The translations under genes and the position numbers were made by a program. Shown piece by piece: positions 8,039 through 17,377 of a DNA stretch of 64,000 bases. Location of the stretch: positions 224,001 through 288,000 of the IMG/VR virus record IMGVR_UViG_3300023213_000432; one strand, 5' to 3'. Under the pieces are notes generated by a model. The model was not told where the DNA came from, ran no database searches, and saw only the letters and a list, made by a program, of their open reading frames with translations. This DNA is from a virus (Duplodnaviria; Caudoviricetes). Position 1 is the stretch's first letter. Each line of letters starts with the position of its first letter.

Positions 8039-8611
8039 TTGAACACTATCATTTTGGAAGAAACAGAACATGGTGACGTTCCAGTAGATGTCTATCAGAA
8101 GTTAGCTAATAATCGTATTCTGTTTCTTTATAATTTAATAGACGCTAAATTGGCTTCTGATATTACTGCCACTCTTTTGCTTAAAGATTGTGAAGATTCA
8201 AATGAAAAGATTACTATTTTTATCAATTCCGATGGTGGCGACATTCGGAACGTTTTAATGATCTATGACATGATGATGTTAGTGCAATCTCCCATTGAAA
8301 CAGTATGCATTGGTTCGGCTCAAAATGAAGCTGCGTTACTATTAGGTGCCGGAACTCCCGGTTTGAGGTTTGCCACTAAACATGCTATTATTACGGTCAG
8401 TCAATTAGTGCATGATTGGATGTCATTTTCAGATCTCGCAGACGCTAAGCAGATTTTGAGCCTTTCCATCAATGACAACAAAAGAATGATGGAAATCATT
8501 GCCAAATCGTGTAAGAAAACTTTAAAAGAAGTTATGGTAGATTTTGAGAGAAAAGTTTTCATGAGTAGTCAGCAAGCCCTTAAATACGGGTTGATTGATG
8601 AGGTTATTTAA
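8039..8611 (+). CDS. ClpP-fold protein lacking catalytic Ser/His (ClpR-like)
   Basis: DVYQKLANNRILFL, FINSDGG, VCIGSAQNEAALLL (Ser position is Asn), ITVSQ (His position is Ser), ALKYGLIDEV. Confidence 0.8.
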   Translation: MNTIILEETEHGDVPVDVYQKLANNRILFLYNLIDAKLASDITATLLLKDCEDSNEKITIFINSDGGDIRNVLMIYDMMMLVQSPIETVCIGSAQNEAALLLGAGTPGLRFATKHAIITVSQLVHDWMSFSDLADAKQILSLSINDNKRMMEIIAKSCKKTLKEVMVDFERKVFMSSQQALKYGLIDEVI

Positions 8612-8617
8612 TTCCCC

Positions 8618-9211
8618 ATGAAGAACAATGATCCAATTGAGGCACTTGCTGTGCCGCCTCCTATGCTATTTGGGTATGCAGAAACTTATGTCAAACTAGC
8701 TCAAGCTCGAACCATTTTTTTATCAGAAACTATTACCAAAGATGTGGCGGCAGCTCTTTCGGCTTTTCTTCTTTATTACGATAATCTCAATTCGGAAGAA
8801 GAAATCACTCTATATCTTAACTCTGATGGCGGAGAAGTGTCTGGATTAATTAATATTTATGACGTAATGCAAATGATTTGTTCTCCTGTCAAAACCATAT
8901 GTGTAGGTAAATGTTATTCAGCAGCAGCGATTTTGCTAGCGGCGGGCGAGCCCGGCAGCCGGTTTGCTTTTAAAAATTCTCAATTAATGATCCATGGCAT
9001 TCAATGCGCTTTTCCAATTGCTGGACATGATCAAATATCGTCTAAAAACTACTATGAATTTCTTAAAGATAACAATGATAACATCATGAAGATTTTGGCT
9101 AATCATACTGGACATCCGTTAGAGAAAATCAAAGAAGACTGTAAGACTGATGTTTTTTTTACAGCTAAACAAGCTTTAGATTATGGACTGATTGACGCGA
9201 TCATCGAATAG
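8618..9211 (+). CDS. clpP: ATP-dependent Clp protease proteolytic subunit
   Basis: YLNSDGG, GKCYSAAAILL (Ser), LMIHG (His), KTDVFF (Asp), ALDYGLID. Confidence 0.9.
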   Translation: MKNNDPIEALAVPPPMLFGYAETYVKLAQARTIFLSETITKDVAAALSAFLLYYDNLNSEEEITLYLNSDGGEVSGLINIYDVMQMICSPVKTICVGKCYSAAAILLAAGEPGSRFAFKNSQLMIHGIQCAFPIAGHDQISSKNYYEFLKDNNDNIMKILANHTGHPLEKIKEDCKTDVFFTAKQALDYGLIDAIIE

Positions 9212-9225
9212 TTTAGCATACCTAC

Positions 9226-9654
9226 ATGATCATCAAGGATGCTCGCAAGCCTTCGCCCGATCCGGTTCAGGAACGTCTTCGTCAAGAAAAGGCGCAATTT
9301 AATAAGGAAACCAGCGCTTTTATTACTGGATTAATCAATTTTAAGAAGCTGATGAATGGACAACCTTCCAAGTTCCATATGCAGAAGTCTAACATCAAAA
9401 ATCCAATTCCTGCAGAACCCATTTCTATCATTGATGCCCTAGCCGAAGATTTTCAATCCATCGCCCAACAAGCTAGAAATATCGTAGAACGTCAATTAGA
9501 ATATTCTCAGACTCGAAGAAAAAAAGCACCTACGCCATCTCCGGGAACTACCCCTTCCCCAACTACACCAGATCTTACCCAACAACTAATAGGCAAAGCT
9601 AGCACCGTTTCTAATCCTCTTATCAAATTTTTGTCCAAATATGGAAGCCTATGA
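9226..9654 (+). CDS. Hypothetical protein
   Basis: 142-aa ORF with a Pro/Thr-rich linker. Confidence 0.7.
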   Translation: MIIKDARKPSPDPVQERLRQEKAQFNKETSAFITGLINFKKLMNGQPSKFHMQKSNIKNPIPAEPISIIDALAEDFQSIAQQARNIVERQLEYSQTRRKKAPTPSPGTTPSPTTPDLTQQLIGKASTVSNPLIKFLSKYGSL

Positions 9655-10040
9655 AACAGGGTTTCATTTATATTCACGATAACATTTTTCCCACTTTATT
9701 AGCACTTTCGGCAGAAGAGCAAGCTATCGGATTGATGCATCAACCATTTCCGCCACCAGTGATGTCGTTTATTTATCCTCGCCCTCAAATCAATAAATTT
9801 TGGATGCACCAAACTCCTAGCCCATTAGATATTATTTTTTGTCACAATGGCAAAGTATCCCAGATCTGTAAAGGAGATCCATATTCTACTCGAGTAATCG
9901 GTAGTGAGGAATACAGCGATTTAGTAGTAGAACTTCCCTATGGAACTGCCGCCGTTATTGGGCTTAAATTGGGACACACGGCGGAATTGTTTAAACCAAA
10001 TAGAAATGATCTAAAGAGATTAATGTTTCAAAATTTCTGA
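9651..10040 (+). CDS. DUF192 family protein
   Basis: EEQAIGLM...MSFIY...FWMHQTPSPLDIIF...VVELPYG. Confidence 0.85.
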   Translation: MKQGFIYIHDNIFPTLLALSAEEQAIGLMHQPFPPPVMSFIYPRPQINKFWMHQTPSPLDIIFCHNGKVSQICKGDPYSTRVIGSEEYSDLVVELPYGTAAVIGLKLGHTAELFKPNRNDLKRLMFQNF

Positions 10041-10093
10041 TTTTTGCGCTTCACCTCTTGTTTTTTAATTCCCTATGATTATAATTATGATGC

Positions 10094-11089
10094 ATGGTAT
10101 CCATTCAAGATTTTGATAACATTCTTCAAACATTTAACATTAAAGCTAAATGCGTTAATTATCAACAAGCCAATCACTATTTTTGTTATGATTTAATGCT
10201 GGAGCCTCGCAGCAAAGTTAAAGATGTTGCCAAATGGGGAGAGGAACTGTCTCTTTCTCTAAAAGCATGCAATAAACCCAACGTAAAAATTCTTCATTCA
10301 CAAGGATTGGTTAGGTTAGAATTTGCTTCACCTCAAACTCAAGTTCTCAATTTATTCGATTGCTTCACTAACCAGAACATCTCTGTTGGTGGGATACCTT
10401 GTCTTTTAGGACAAGGTATAGATGGACAGAACGTTTGGATGGAACTTACTCAAAATCCTCATATGATTGTTGCTGGAACAACAGGTTCCGGAAAAAGCAC
10501 TTTACTACATACCATCATTGCCAATCTTTTAAATTACAGTGACGCTTTGTTATATTTAGCGGATCCTAAAGGTATTGAATTTTTTGAATATGATCGTAAA
10601 ATTGATAATCTAGCAATCGGTTATTCCTATGAAGAAGTAGTGGGAATGTTGGATGCGCTATTGAACATTATGGAAGAACGTTATTCTAAAATACGACAAG
10701 GAACAAAACCATCCCAGTTCAAACATATTGTGCTGATCATAGATGAATTTGCAGATTTGATAATGCAAGATAAAGACGATCTATTTTATCATCGATTGTG
10801 TCGGTTAGCTCAAAAATGTCGGGCAGCTAAAATCAACATTATTCTTTCTACTCAACGACCTTCCACTAATTTCATCAAGGGTGCCATCAAAGCTAATTTT
10901 CCGGCACGAATTGCTTGTCGAGTAGCTACTCATGTGGATTCCAAAGTTATTTTGGATGCGACAGGTGCTGAAAATTTATTGGGTAATGGAGATGCTCTTA
11001 TTAGAGATAATTTTCGGTTTTTGGAAAGATTTCAGGTAGCTTATACTACGCCAACGGAGGTATGCAAATATTTTGGTAGGCCGATATAG
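10094..11089 (+). CDS. FtsK/SpoIIIE-family ATPase (no membrane domain)
   Basis: NPHMIVAGTTGSGKS, DPKG, LIIDEFADL, LAQKCRAAKI..ILSTQRP, GAENLLGNGD. Confidence 0.9.
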   Translation: MVSIQDFDNILQTFNIKAKCVNYQQANHYFCYDLMLEPRSKVKDVAKWGEELSLSLKACNKPNVKILHSQGLVRLEFASPQTQVLNLFDCFTNQNISVGGIPCLLGQGIDGQNVWMELTQNPHMIVAGTTGSGKSTLLHTIIANLLNYSDALLYLADPKGIEFFEYDRKIDNLAIGYSYEEVVGMLDALLNIMEERYSKIRQGTKPSQFKHIVLIIDEFADLIMQDKDDLFYHRLCRLAQKCRAAKINIILSTQRPSTNFIKGAIKANFPARIACRVATHVDSKVILDATGAENLLGNGDALIRDNFRFLERFQVAYTTPTEVCKYFGRPI

Positions 11090-11112
11090 GAATCGATGTA
11101 TATGGCAATGTC

Positions 11113-11565
11113 ATGATCACTGATCGCACTCTTTCTCTTTTACAATCTTTGTCTTCAACTCGTTCCCCGTCTAAACAATTGTCTCTGATTCAAGAATACT
11201 GTCTTTATGAAGGAGATATGGCTCAGCAATCACAACAGATTGAGGAGTTGTTAACAATTTATAGACAGGTTGTGAAGGACACGCACCAACAAGGAATAAA
11301 AGCCGCTTCTCAAAGAAAGAAAATGGTAAAACCACATCAATATCCCAAATTTTTTCCAACTTTCAATGGACAAGGAAATTGTGATCGTTGTGGAGCCATA
11401 ATTGATGGCGCCCAAAAACCAGTCCCCGCTTTCTTTCATCGTTATGGAACACAAAGCAATGAAGTTAGAATCTATTGTCCCTTACCCTCTTGTTTTCCGC
11501 TTGAACATAAAGCCAAAATGTTGGAGGATCGAGACTATCTAAAAAAAATGATTAAAGCTCAATGA
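11113..11565 (+). CDS. Hypothetical protein with CxxC...C..C
   Basis: 150-aa ORF. Confidence 0.65.
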   Translation: MITDRTLSLLQSLSSTRSPSKQLSLIQEYCLYEGDMAQQSQQIEELLTIYRQVVKDTHQQGIKAASQRKKMVKPHQYPKFFPTFNGQGNCDRCGAIIDGAQKPVPAFFHRYGTQSNEVRIYCPLPSCFPLEHKAKMLEDRDYLKKMIKAQ

Positions 11566-11599
11566 TAACTAAAACCGTAGAAAGAACTAACATATTATA

Positions 11600-12904
11600 A
11601 TGGACAAAGGCTCATTTTCCTCAATTGATATAGAACAACAAGAGCATCTTTCTTTAAAAAAGTTGCAACAGTTCAAAACTAATAATATCGATGATCTGCC
11701 AGAACGACCCAAAGAATATCTTATTGATTTGATGACTTGGACAGAAGATTCCTTTAAATCTTTTCTCAAAGATCAAATTGGATTGAATAGATTTATTCAT
11801 AATCGGATCATTATGGATGGGCAATTTCTTCGTTTTTGTGAAGAAAACAAAATGACAATTGAGTGTCTCCATAAGAATTCCGTAGTTTCATGGAAGACAG
11901 ATCATCATTTTGAAAAATTCTTTATGCAAGGCGTCTTTTTGATTAAAGGGCATGGATGGGAATTTTTACAAGCTTCTCTCATGCACAAGGGCAATCAGTT
12001 TGAAGATGAGGTTGGATTTTTTGTTATTGTCTCGGAAAAGAACTATGAAGCTTATATTAATGTTCGTAATCAATTTGATGCTTGGGTTCAACGAAGAGAT
12101 CGTAACAATTTACGGGTTCGTGTGATTGATGGTGAAGATATTATTTACACCAAAGATCATACTTGGGATGATTTGTTCTTGCCGGCTTCATTGAAAAATG
12201 AGATTAAAAGTTTAGTAGAAAATTTTCTCTCTTCCAAGGAATTCTATCTAAAGAATAAAATACCTTGGAAAAGGGGAATACTTCTTTATGGGGAACCGGG
12301 CAACGGAAAGACGTCTTTAATTCGCACTATTATGTCCGTTTATAATTTCAAGCCCATTACTATTACAACCAATGCTAATGATGAAGTTATTCGAGAAGCT
12401 TTTACTTATGCGGAAGAGCAAAGTCCGTCTCTTCTATATTTCGAAGACTTAGATTCTTTGTTGGAGAAACGTATCGATTCATCCTCTTTTCTCAATTTAA
12501 TGGATGGTATTTCCGCCCGAAATGGGATATTGGTAGTGGCTACTGCCAATGACGTTCGAAGCCTAAAAAGCAATATTACAGATCGTCCATCTCGATTTGA
12601 TAGAAAATTCGAAATTCCACCACCAAATCAAGAAATGGCTGGCATATATCTAAAGAGGTGGTTCAACGATTTGCTTTCTGCTAAAAAGGTTAAAGAGTTA
12701 GCTAAATATGCTGAAAGATATGAATTTTCGTATGCTTACCTCAAAGAATTTTATCTTTCAACAATGTTTGAAGCTTTGGCGCATAATCGAAAAACTCCTA
12801 TTAAGAAAGACATCGATCATGCACTGCAACGATTAATCAAAGATAAAAACATTTTGCACGGTAGAATTATCGACACTGATAAGTATTTTAAATCAAAAGG
12901 TTAA
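11600..12904 (+). CDS. AAA+ ATPase
   Basis: KRGILLYGEPGNGKT, LLYFEDLD, FLNLMDG, ATAN, DRPSRFD. Confidence 0.9.
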   Translation: MDKGSFSSIDIEQQEHLSLKKLQQFKTNNIDDLPERPKEYLIDLMTWTEDSFKSFLKDQIGLNRFIHNRIIMDGQFLRFCEENKMTIECLHKNSVVSWKTDHHFEKFFMQGVFLIKGHGWEFLQASLMHKGNQFEDEVGFFVIVSEKNYEAYINVRNQFDAWVQRRDRNNLRVRVIDGEDIIYTKDHTWDDLFLPASLKNEIKSLVENFLSSKEFYLKNKIPWKRGILLYGEPGNGKTSLIRTIMSVYNFKPITITTNANDEVIREAFTYAEEQSPSLLYFEDLDSLLEKRIDSSSFLNLMDGISARNGILVVATANDVRSLKSNITDRPSRFDRKFEIPPPNQEMAGIYLKRWFNDLLSAKKVKELAKYAERYEFSYAYLKEFYLSTMFEALAHNRKTPIKKDIDHALQRLIKDKNILHGRIIDTDKYFKSKG

Positions 12905-12918
12905 AGCGGGTTAATCCA

Positions 12919-13215
12919 ATGTTCAAAAACAAATTTTTTAAGAAATCTTCTCCCAAAGTTTTGAAGGGAGGTGAAGTTGATAGTCATGAGCCAGTTCAAG
13001 CTCAACATTTGGAAGTCAAAGTTTTCCATGACCAATTTGATAGGGCTTTCCGAGCCTTTCGAACTCTGGTTCAGAAAGATGGTATTCTTTCTGTTTATAA
13101 AGAGAAACAACGATACGAAAAGCCTTCCGATAAACGACGAAGAAAACGAAATGAACATAAGAGAAAATTGTTTGAATTAGAAATGTCTAAACGTTTCCAC
13201 AAAGAAAGCAAGTGA
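12919..13215 (+). CDS. rpsU: Ribosomal protein bS21 with N-terminal extension
   Basis: EVKV...FDRAFRAFRTLVQKDGILSVYKEKQRYEKPSDKRRRKR. Confidence 0.85.
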   Translation: MFKNKFFKKSSPKVLKGGEVDSHEPVQAQHLEVKVFHDQFDRAFRAFRTLVQKDGILSVYKEKQRYEKPSDKRRRKRNEHKRKLFELEMSKRFHKESK

Positions 13216-13218
13216 ATT

Positions 13219-13881
13219 ATGTCTAATGAAAAGACCAAAATTTTGAAAAATCCAGCTCGTAATACTTCAGAACCTAGAAAACCTTATGTTTCTCAATATC
13301 AAATATTGGGAGTAGAACCTTCTGAGTATAAAAGCGCCGTGATGCCCAAGAATGTGATGATAGCAAAAGGGGCTCCTGAGAATCCTCGATTGCCTCGTTC
13401 TCCTATCAGGCAACCATATGCAGAACCCGTTCCATCACCTATCGGAAGAGATAAAGGATTAATTCCCAATGTCGGTAATAACATGGAGCATTCATGGTCA
13501 GGCGTAGATGATGAAATTATCGATAATCTAGAAGATATGGAGATAATTAATCCGGAACATGAGATGATCGATAATAATGAGTTTGTTTCTCCGGCAACAT
13601 TAGGGCTTTCAGAAGAGGATGTGGCAGTGGAACCAGAAACTGGATCTTTCGATTTCTCTGCCTTTGTTTCAATGGTTCAGTCTGAGGTAGAAGAAAATGA
13701 ATGTGTTCTTTTCGTTAGTGGCATGTGGTTATCCAAGGGTTCGCCAAAGGACATTGAAAAACAAGTTCAAGATCTAATGTTTGGTGAGCATGAAGTATTT
13801 AAAGGAGAACCAATTAGCATTGAAGATATTTTGGTAGTTAAGAAAGTGCCAATTAAAGTAGGAGTATTTTTTTCGGAGTAA
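13219..13881 (+). CDS. Hypothetical protein
   Basis: 220-aa ORF. Confidence 0.7.
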   Translation: MSNEKTKILKNPARNTSEPRKPYVSQYQILGVEPSEYKSAVMPKNVMIAKGAPENPRLPRSPIRQPYAEPVPSPIGRDKGLIPNVGNNMEHSWSGVDDEIIDNLEDMEIINPEHEMIDNNEFVSPATLGLSEEDVAVEPETGSFDFSAFVSMVQSEVEENECVLFVSGMWLSKGSPKDIEKQVQDLMFGEHEVFKGEPISIEDILVVKKVPIKVGVFFSE

Positions 13882-13885
13882 AGAC

Positions 13886-14581
13886 ATGACAGAACCGCGT
13901 AAAGCATCAGAAGTTATTTTGTCCTTAGAGAATAAAGTTGATATTCTTCTTGGATTGGTGAGATCTTTGGATCTCAACATCAAAGTTCTATCCAATAAAC
14001 TTAATCAATTATTAGCAAAACAAGAAACCTCTTCGCCCAAGATTGTGGTAGAGGCTGCTAATGTGGCACTGCCCGCTTTATCTTCCTTTAATTCAGAAAG
14101 AGATGTATTGATTTCTCCCGAAGATAGTTCGTTGATGGAAGTTAATCCAAAAGGTTTTCGTCGCACCAGCCGTCCCGAAACTTTTTCCGGAGACGATATC
14201 TATCTAAACCGAGAGTCTAAAGAAGCCCCTAAAGCAGAAGCGATCGTTCCTCGTCCAAAGGATAAGCCTTCTAACACACCTAAATCTGTTCCTAATACTT
14301 CGCCACCCGCTTCCATTGTTGCTACTATGCAACGAATAATTAGAGGCGGCAAATCTGTTTTCATGGCTGACGTGGAAATTACTAACATGACTACTGGAAA
14401 AGTCGAAAAAAGTCGAACCAATGCTGTCGGTAAATGGAACGCACCTTTACAACCCGGCGGTTACCGAATTGTTGTTAGGAAACAAGAAATCGCCTCTAAA
14501 GAAAAATTCGAGATTGAGCAAAATATTCAAATTGATGGCAAACAAAGCCCACTGGAACTTCCACCACTAATTGTTAAGTAA
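13886..14581 (+). CDS. Hypothetical protein; N-terminal coiled coil and C-terminal carboxypeptidase-regulatory-like beta domain
   Basis: KSVFMADVEITN...RTNAVGKWNAPLQPGGYRIVVRK. Confidence 0.6.
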   Translation: MTEPRKASEVILSLENKVDILLGLVRSLDLNIKVLSNKLNQLLAKQETSSPKIVVEAANVALPALSSFNSERDVLISPEDSSLMEVNPKGFRRTSRPETFSGDDIYLNRESKEAPKAEAIVPRPKDKPSNTPKSVPNTSPPASIVATMQRIIRGGKSVFMADVEITNMTTGKVEKSRTNAVGKWNAPLQPGGYRIVVRKQEIASKEKFEIEQNIQIDGKQSPLELPPLIVK

Positions 14582-14597
14582 TTATTTAAGGGTAAAA

Positions 14598-15206
14598 ATG
14601 AATAAAAAGTTCAACGTAATTGTTGTAGATTGTCCATGGAACTTTAATGATGCTCTCAAAATGTCTGACACTAAACGGAGTGCTCAGTCTAATTATAATA
14701 CTATGACCATGGAAGAACTTCAAAAACTTCCAATTAATCAAATTGCTGATCCCAATGGGTGCGTTTTAGCCTTGTGGTGTCCTGCCTCTTTGTTCAAATG
14801 TGGATTAGAAATTATGGAAGCGTGGGAATTTGAACACAAACAGATTTACACTTGGGTCAAAAGTAAAAAGAAACTTCCAAAAGATGTTCAGTTAGAACAA
14901 ATATTATCTTTTGGGATGGGAAGATTATTTCGAGGATGTAGCGAACATGCTCTAATTGGAATTAATTCAACCAAAATATATCGTAATCTTCAAAACAGAT
15001 CGCAACGCTCTGTTTCTTTTGCTTCTAATTTGGGACATTCGTCAAAGCCAGCAACCCTGCAAAACAGCCTAGATTTAATGTATCCACTTGCTAACAAGAT
15101 CGAATTATTTGCTCGGCAAGAAAGAGCAGGTTGGACATGTCTTGGCAATCAGTGTCCATCCACACTGGGCGAAGATATTTTTGAATCTTTAGCTAAATTA
15201 ATGTGA
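14598..15206 (+). CDS. MT-A70 family N6-adenine methyltransferase
   Basis: FNVIVVDCPW, YNTMTMEEL..LPI, LALWC, YTWVK, GMG..FRGCSEH, HSSKP, KIELFAR...GW..LGNQ. Confidence 0.9.
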   Translation: MNKKFNVIVVDCPWNFNDALKMSDTKRSAQSNYNTMTMEELQKLPINQIADPNGCVLALWCPASLFKCGLEIMEAWEFEHKQIYTWVKSKKKLPKDVQLEQILSFGMGRLFRGCSEHALIGINSTKIYRNLQNRSQRSVSFASNLGHSSKPATLQNSLDLMYPLANKIELFARQERAGWTCLGNQCPSTLGEDIFESLAKLM

Positions 15207-15238
15207 ACTACTTTTGCTTAAAGGCAAAAGTAATTCAC
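15203..15238. repeat. Long palindrome resembling an IS200/IS605 end hairpin
   Basis: GTGAACTACTTTTGC-TTAAAG-GCAAAAGTAATTCAC; similar layout to GTCAATAAC-stem-TAAA-stem at 859-886. Confidence 0.5.
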
Positions 15239-15412
15239 GCCGGAGATTTTCAAGAACAGTGGCATGATGATTGGACGGCTTCTTAATCAACACCTAACCT
15301 CTTGATTACATAGATGATTTTTGAACTAAAAGCAAAGATGCGACAAGTCCTTGAAATGATTATCAATATCGATGCATTAATAATGTAAGCTTGTTCGATA
15401 TATGAGGACACC

Positions 15413-15658
15413 ATGGATCAAGTCAATTGTAATTGCATCGTCTGTGCTAGCGAGTTCAATCCTGAGGAACTGCAAAGTGTTGCCTTGTCCAAACTTAATA
15501 TCACTCGATTTAAAATTTGTCAATCTTGTTTGGATAGATGCGATCCAACTAATGATTATCGAGAAGCTAGAAGTATCATCAATTCTTATCTAGTCGCTTC
15601 AGACGCTAAACATCTCTTTGAAGACGTTCGCAAAATTCTAGATAATCAAAAAGAATAA
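15413..15658 (+). CDS. Hypothetical Zn-finger protein
   Basis: CIVC...CQSC; GATATAT motif and GAGGA upstream. Confidence 0.7.
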   Translation: MDQVNCNCIVCASEFNPEELQSVALSKLNITRFKICQSCLDRCDPTNDYREARSIINSYLVASDAKHLFEDVRKILDNQKE

Positions 15659-15811
15659 TTAAAAAATCTCGATAATGATAACGCCTCGTTCGTCATCTTG
15701 CTTTTTTTCTTTTAATGGAGGCTCTTGTGGCAACACCAGCTCGATATATAATGGTACGGGCTCTTGATTTTTTTCTTGCGGCTCAGGAAGAAAAGGATTG
15801 ATGTCCGCCAT
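15659..15811 (-). CDS. Small hypothetical protein (50 aa; below the ORF-track cutoff)
   Basis: MADINPFLPEPQEKNQEPVPLYIELVLPQEPPLKEKKQDDERGVIIIEIF* fills the gap exactly. Confidence 0.5.
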   Translation of the reverse strand: MADINPFLPEPQEKNQEPVPLYIELVLPQEPPLKEKKQDDERGVIIIEIF

Positions 15812-15837
15812 TATATTTAATATGTTAGGATATTGAT

Positions 15838-16035
15838 ATGCTGTGCTCCAATTGTGCTCAACTTGCCTATATGCAAACTCAAAAATCTTGCGTTCGATGT
15901 CAGAACGATGTTCATATGACCATCTCGGTGTTATGTGAAGGATGTTCAGCTACTGATAGAGTATGTTCTGTTTGCTTGAAGAAAATTGTTATTCCCGGAA
16001 TGCCTGCTAAGGGATGTGGTTGTGGTGGAAAATGA
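15838..16035 (+). CDS. Small Cys-rich protein
   Basis: Four CxxC pairs plus CGC in 65 aa. Confidence 0.65.
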   Translation: MLCSNCAQLAYMQTQKSCVRCQNDVHMTISVLCEGCSATDRVCSVCLKKIVIPGMPAKGCGCGGK

Positions 16036-16559
16036 TCATCATTAATAATGAAGAAGCCTTACGTGTTAAATGCGAAGATGTTTTATCAGATGAAATAGGG
16101 AATTTAATATTAGCTCTGGAAACAGAGCTTAATCATGCTAATCGGCTTGGAAAAAGCGGCATTGGATTAGCTGCTCCTCAAATTGGAATTGCTAAAAACA
16201 TCGCTATTGTTCGGTTAGGAAATGGACTCAATCTAGATTTGGTTAATGCTAAAATTGAGAAAGGATATGACTCTACCATGTTTCGAACGGAAGGTTGCTT
16301 GTCATTTCCGGGAAGAATGGAAGATACTATGCGTTATCAGGAGATTTATCTGACTAATAATTTGGTGTCTCCGCACAATTTGATTGCTACTGGATTGTTA
16401 GCAGTCGTTTGCCAACACGAGATCGATCATCTTAACTCAATTCTATTTATGGATCGGGCTATTCCAAAGGTTGCGACAAATGATGTCGTTAAAGCTGGTA
16501 GGAACGATTTATGTCCTTGCGGTTCGTTCAAAAAATATAAAAAATGTTGCGGAAGGTAA
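16032..16559 (+). CDS. def: Peptide deformylase with C-terminal SEC-C motif
   Basis: GIGLAAPQIG, EGCLS, QHEIDHL; tail GRNDLCPCGSFKKYKKCC. Confidence 0.92.
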   Translation: MIIINNEEALRVKCEDVLSDEIGNLILALETELNHANRLGKSGIGLAAPQIGIAKNIAIVRLGNGLNLDLVNAKIEKGYDSTMFRTEGCLSFPGRMEDTMRYQEIYLTNNLVSPHNLIATGLLAVVCQHEIDHLNSILFMDRAIPKVATNDVVKAGRNDLCPCGSFKKYKKCCGR

Positions 16560-16564
16560 ATTAC

Positions 16565-16780
16565 ATGGCTAAAGAAATAACTAACGAAGTTTTGATTGCA
16601 GATGCTCTCTTGCGATTGCGTGCCTTGGAAAGCCTCTTGATTACTAAAGGTATCATTACAGAAAAAGAGTTTGAAGAACAATTGACAGGCTTAACTAACC
16701 AAATCACCAAGGTACTTCTTCAAAAAGCTAATGTTCCGGGTGATTTGGACGACATCATTGCTAAATTGAAAAAATCGTGA
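16565..16780 (+). CDS. Hypothetical protein
   Basis: 71-aa helical ORF. Confidence 0.65.
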   Translation: MAKEITNEVLIADALLRLRALESLLITKGIITEKEFEEQLTGLTNQITKVLLQKANVPGDLDDIIAKLKKS

Positions 16781-17070
16781 TTTTTATCTGTCAGGAAGAA
16801 GAGTTTAATTGGAAAACGGGAGATGTCGTTCTTTATTTCTATTTTCCTAATATGCCATATCACAAATTATTGCTTGGTGCTATGGACAAGATTGAAAAAA
16901 TGCATAAAGGTATTCGCATTCTGGGAATAGATGTAGAATATTTTAGCGTATTATGCCGAAGATTTGAAATTAAATCAGCGCCCACCACCCTGTTAATTAA
17001 AGAAGGAAAAGAAATTAAACGAATAGTTGGACTAATTGATGATATATCTTATTTGATGGGTGCCCTATGA
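16777..17070 (+). CDS. Thioredoxin-fold protein without CxxC
   Basis: VVLYFYFPNMPYH (where WCGPC would be), IDVE..LCRRFEIKSAPTTLLIKEGKEIKRIVG. Confidence 0.7.
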   Translation: MIFICQEEEFNWKTGDVVLYFYFPNMPYHKLLLGAMDKIEKMHKGIRILGIDVEYFSVLCRRFEIKSAPTTLLIKEGKEIKRIVGLIDDISYLMGAL

Positions 17071-17375
17071 TTACAAAAACTAAAAAATCAATCAATCCAG
17101 AAATTAAATCTGTTGAAGAAGTTTTGGGAGATTCCGAAGCGCTCAAAATTTGGATGGAAATCAAAGACAAACCTATTGCTATGTTTGCTTTACCCAATCA
17201 AGCCGTGAGCCAATATTGTGTGCCACAAGTGGTGGAACCAACTAAATTGTATCTTTTGACCACTGCTACGGCAGTTCTACCGGCTCTGGAAGCGGCTCTG
17301 AGTGGCGCCTATGTAGTGGAATTAGTTCATAAATTCGTGGTAGTGTCTCGTCCATCTAACCTTTTAGGAAAATAA
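17067..17375 (+). CDS. Hypothetical protein
   Basis: 102-aa coupled ORF. Confidence 0.7.
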   Translation: MITKTKKSINPEIKSVEEVLGDSEALKIWMEIKDKPIAMFALPNQAVSQYCVPQVVEPTKLYLLTTATAVLPALEAALSGAYVVELVHKFVVVSRPSNLLGK

Positions 17376-17377
17376 TC

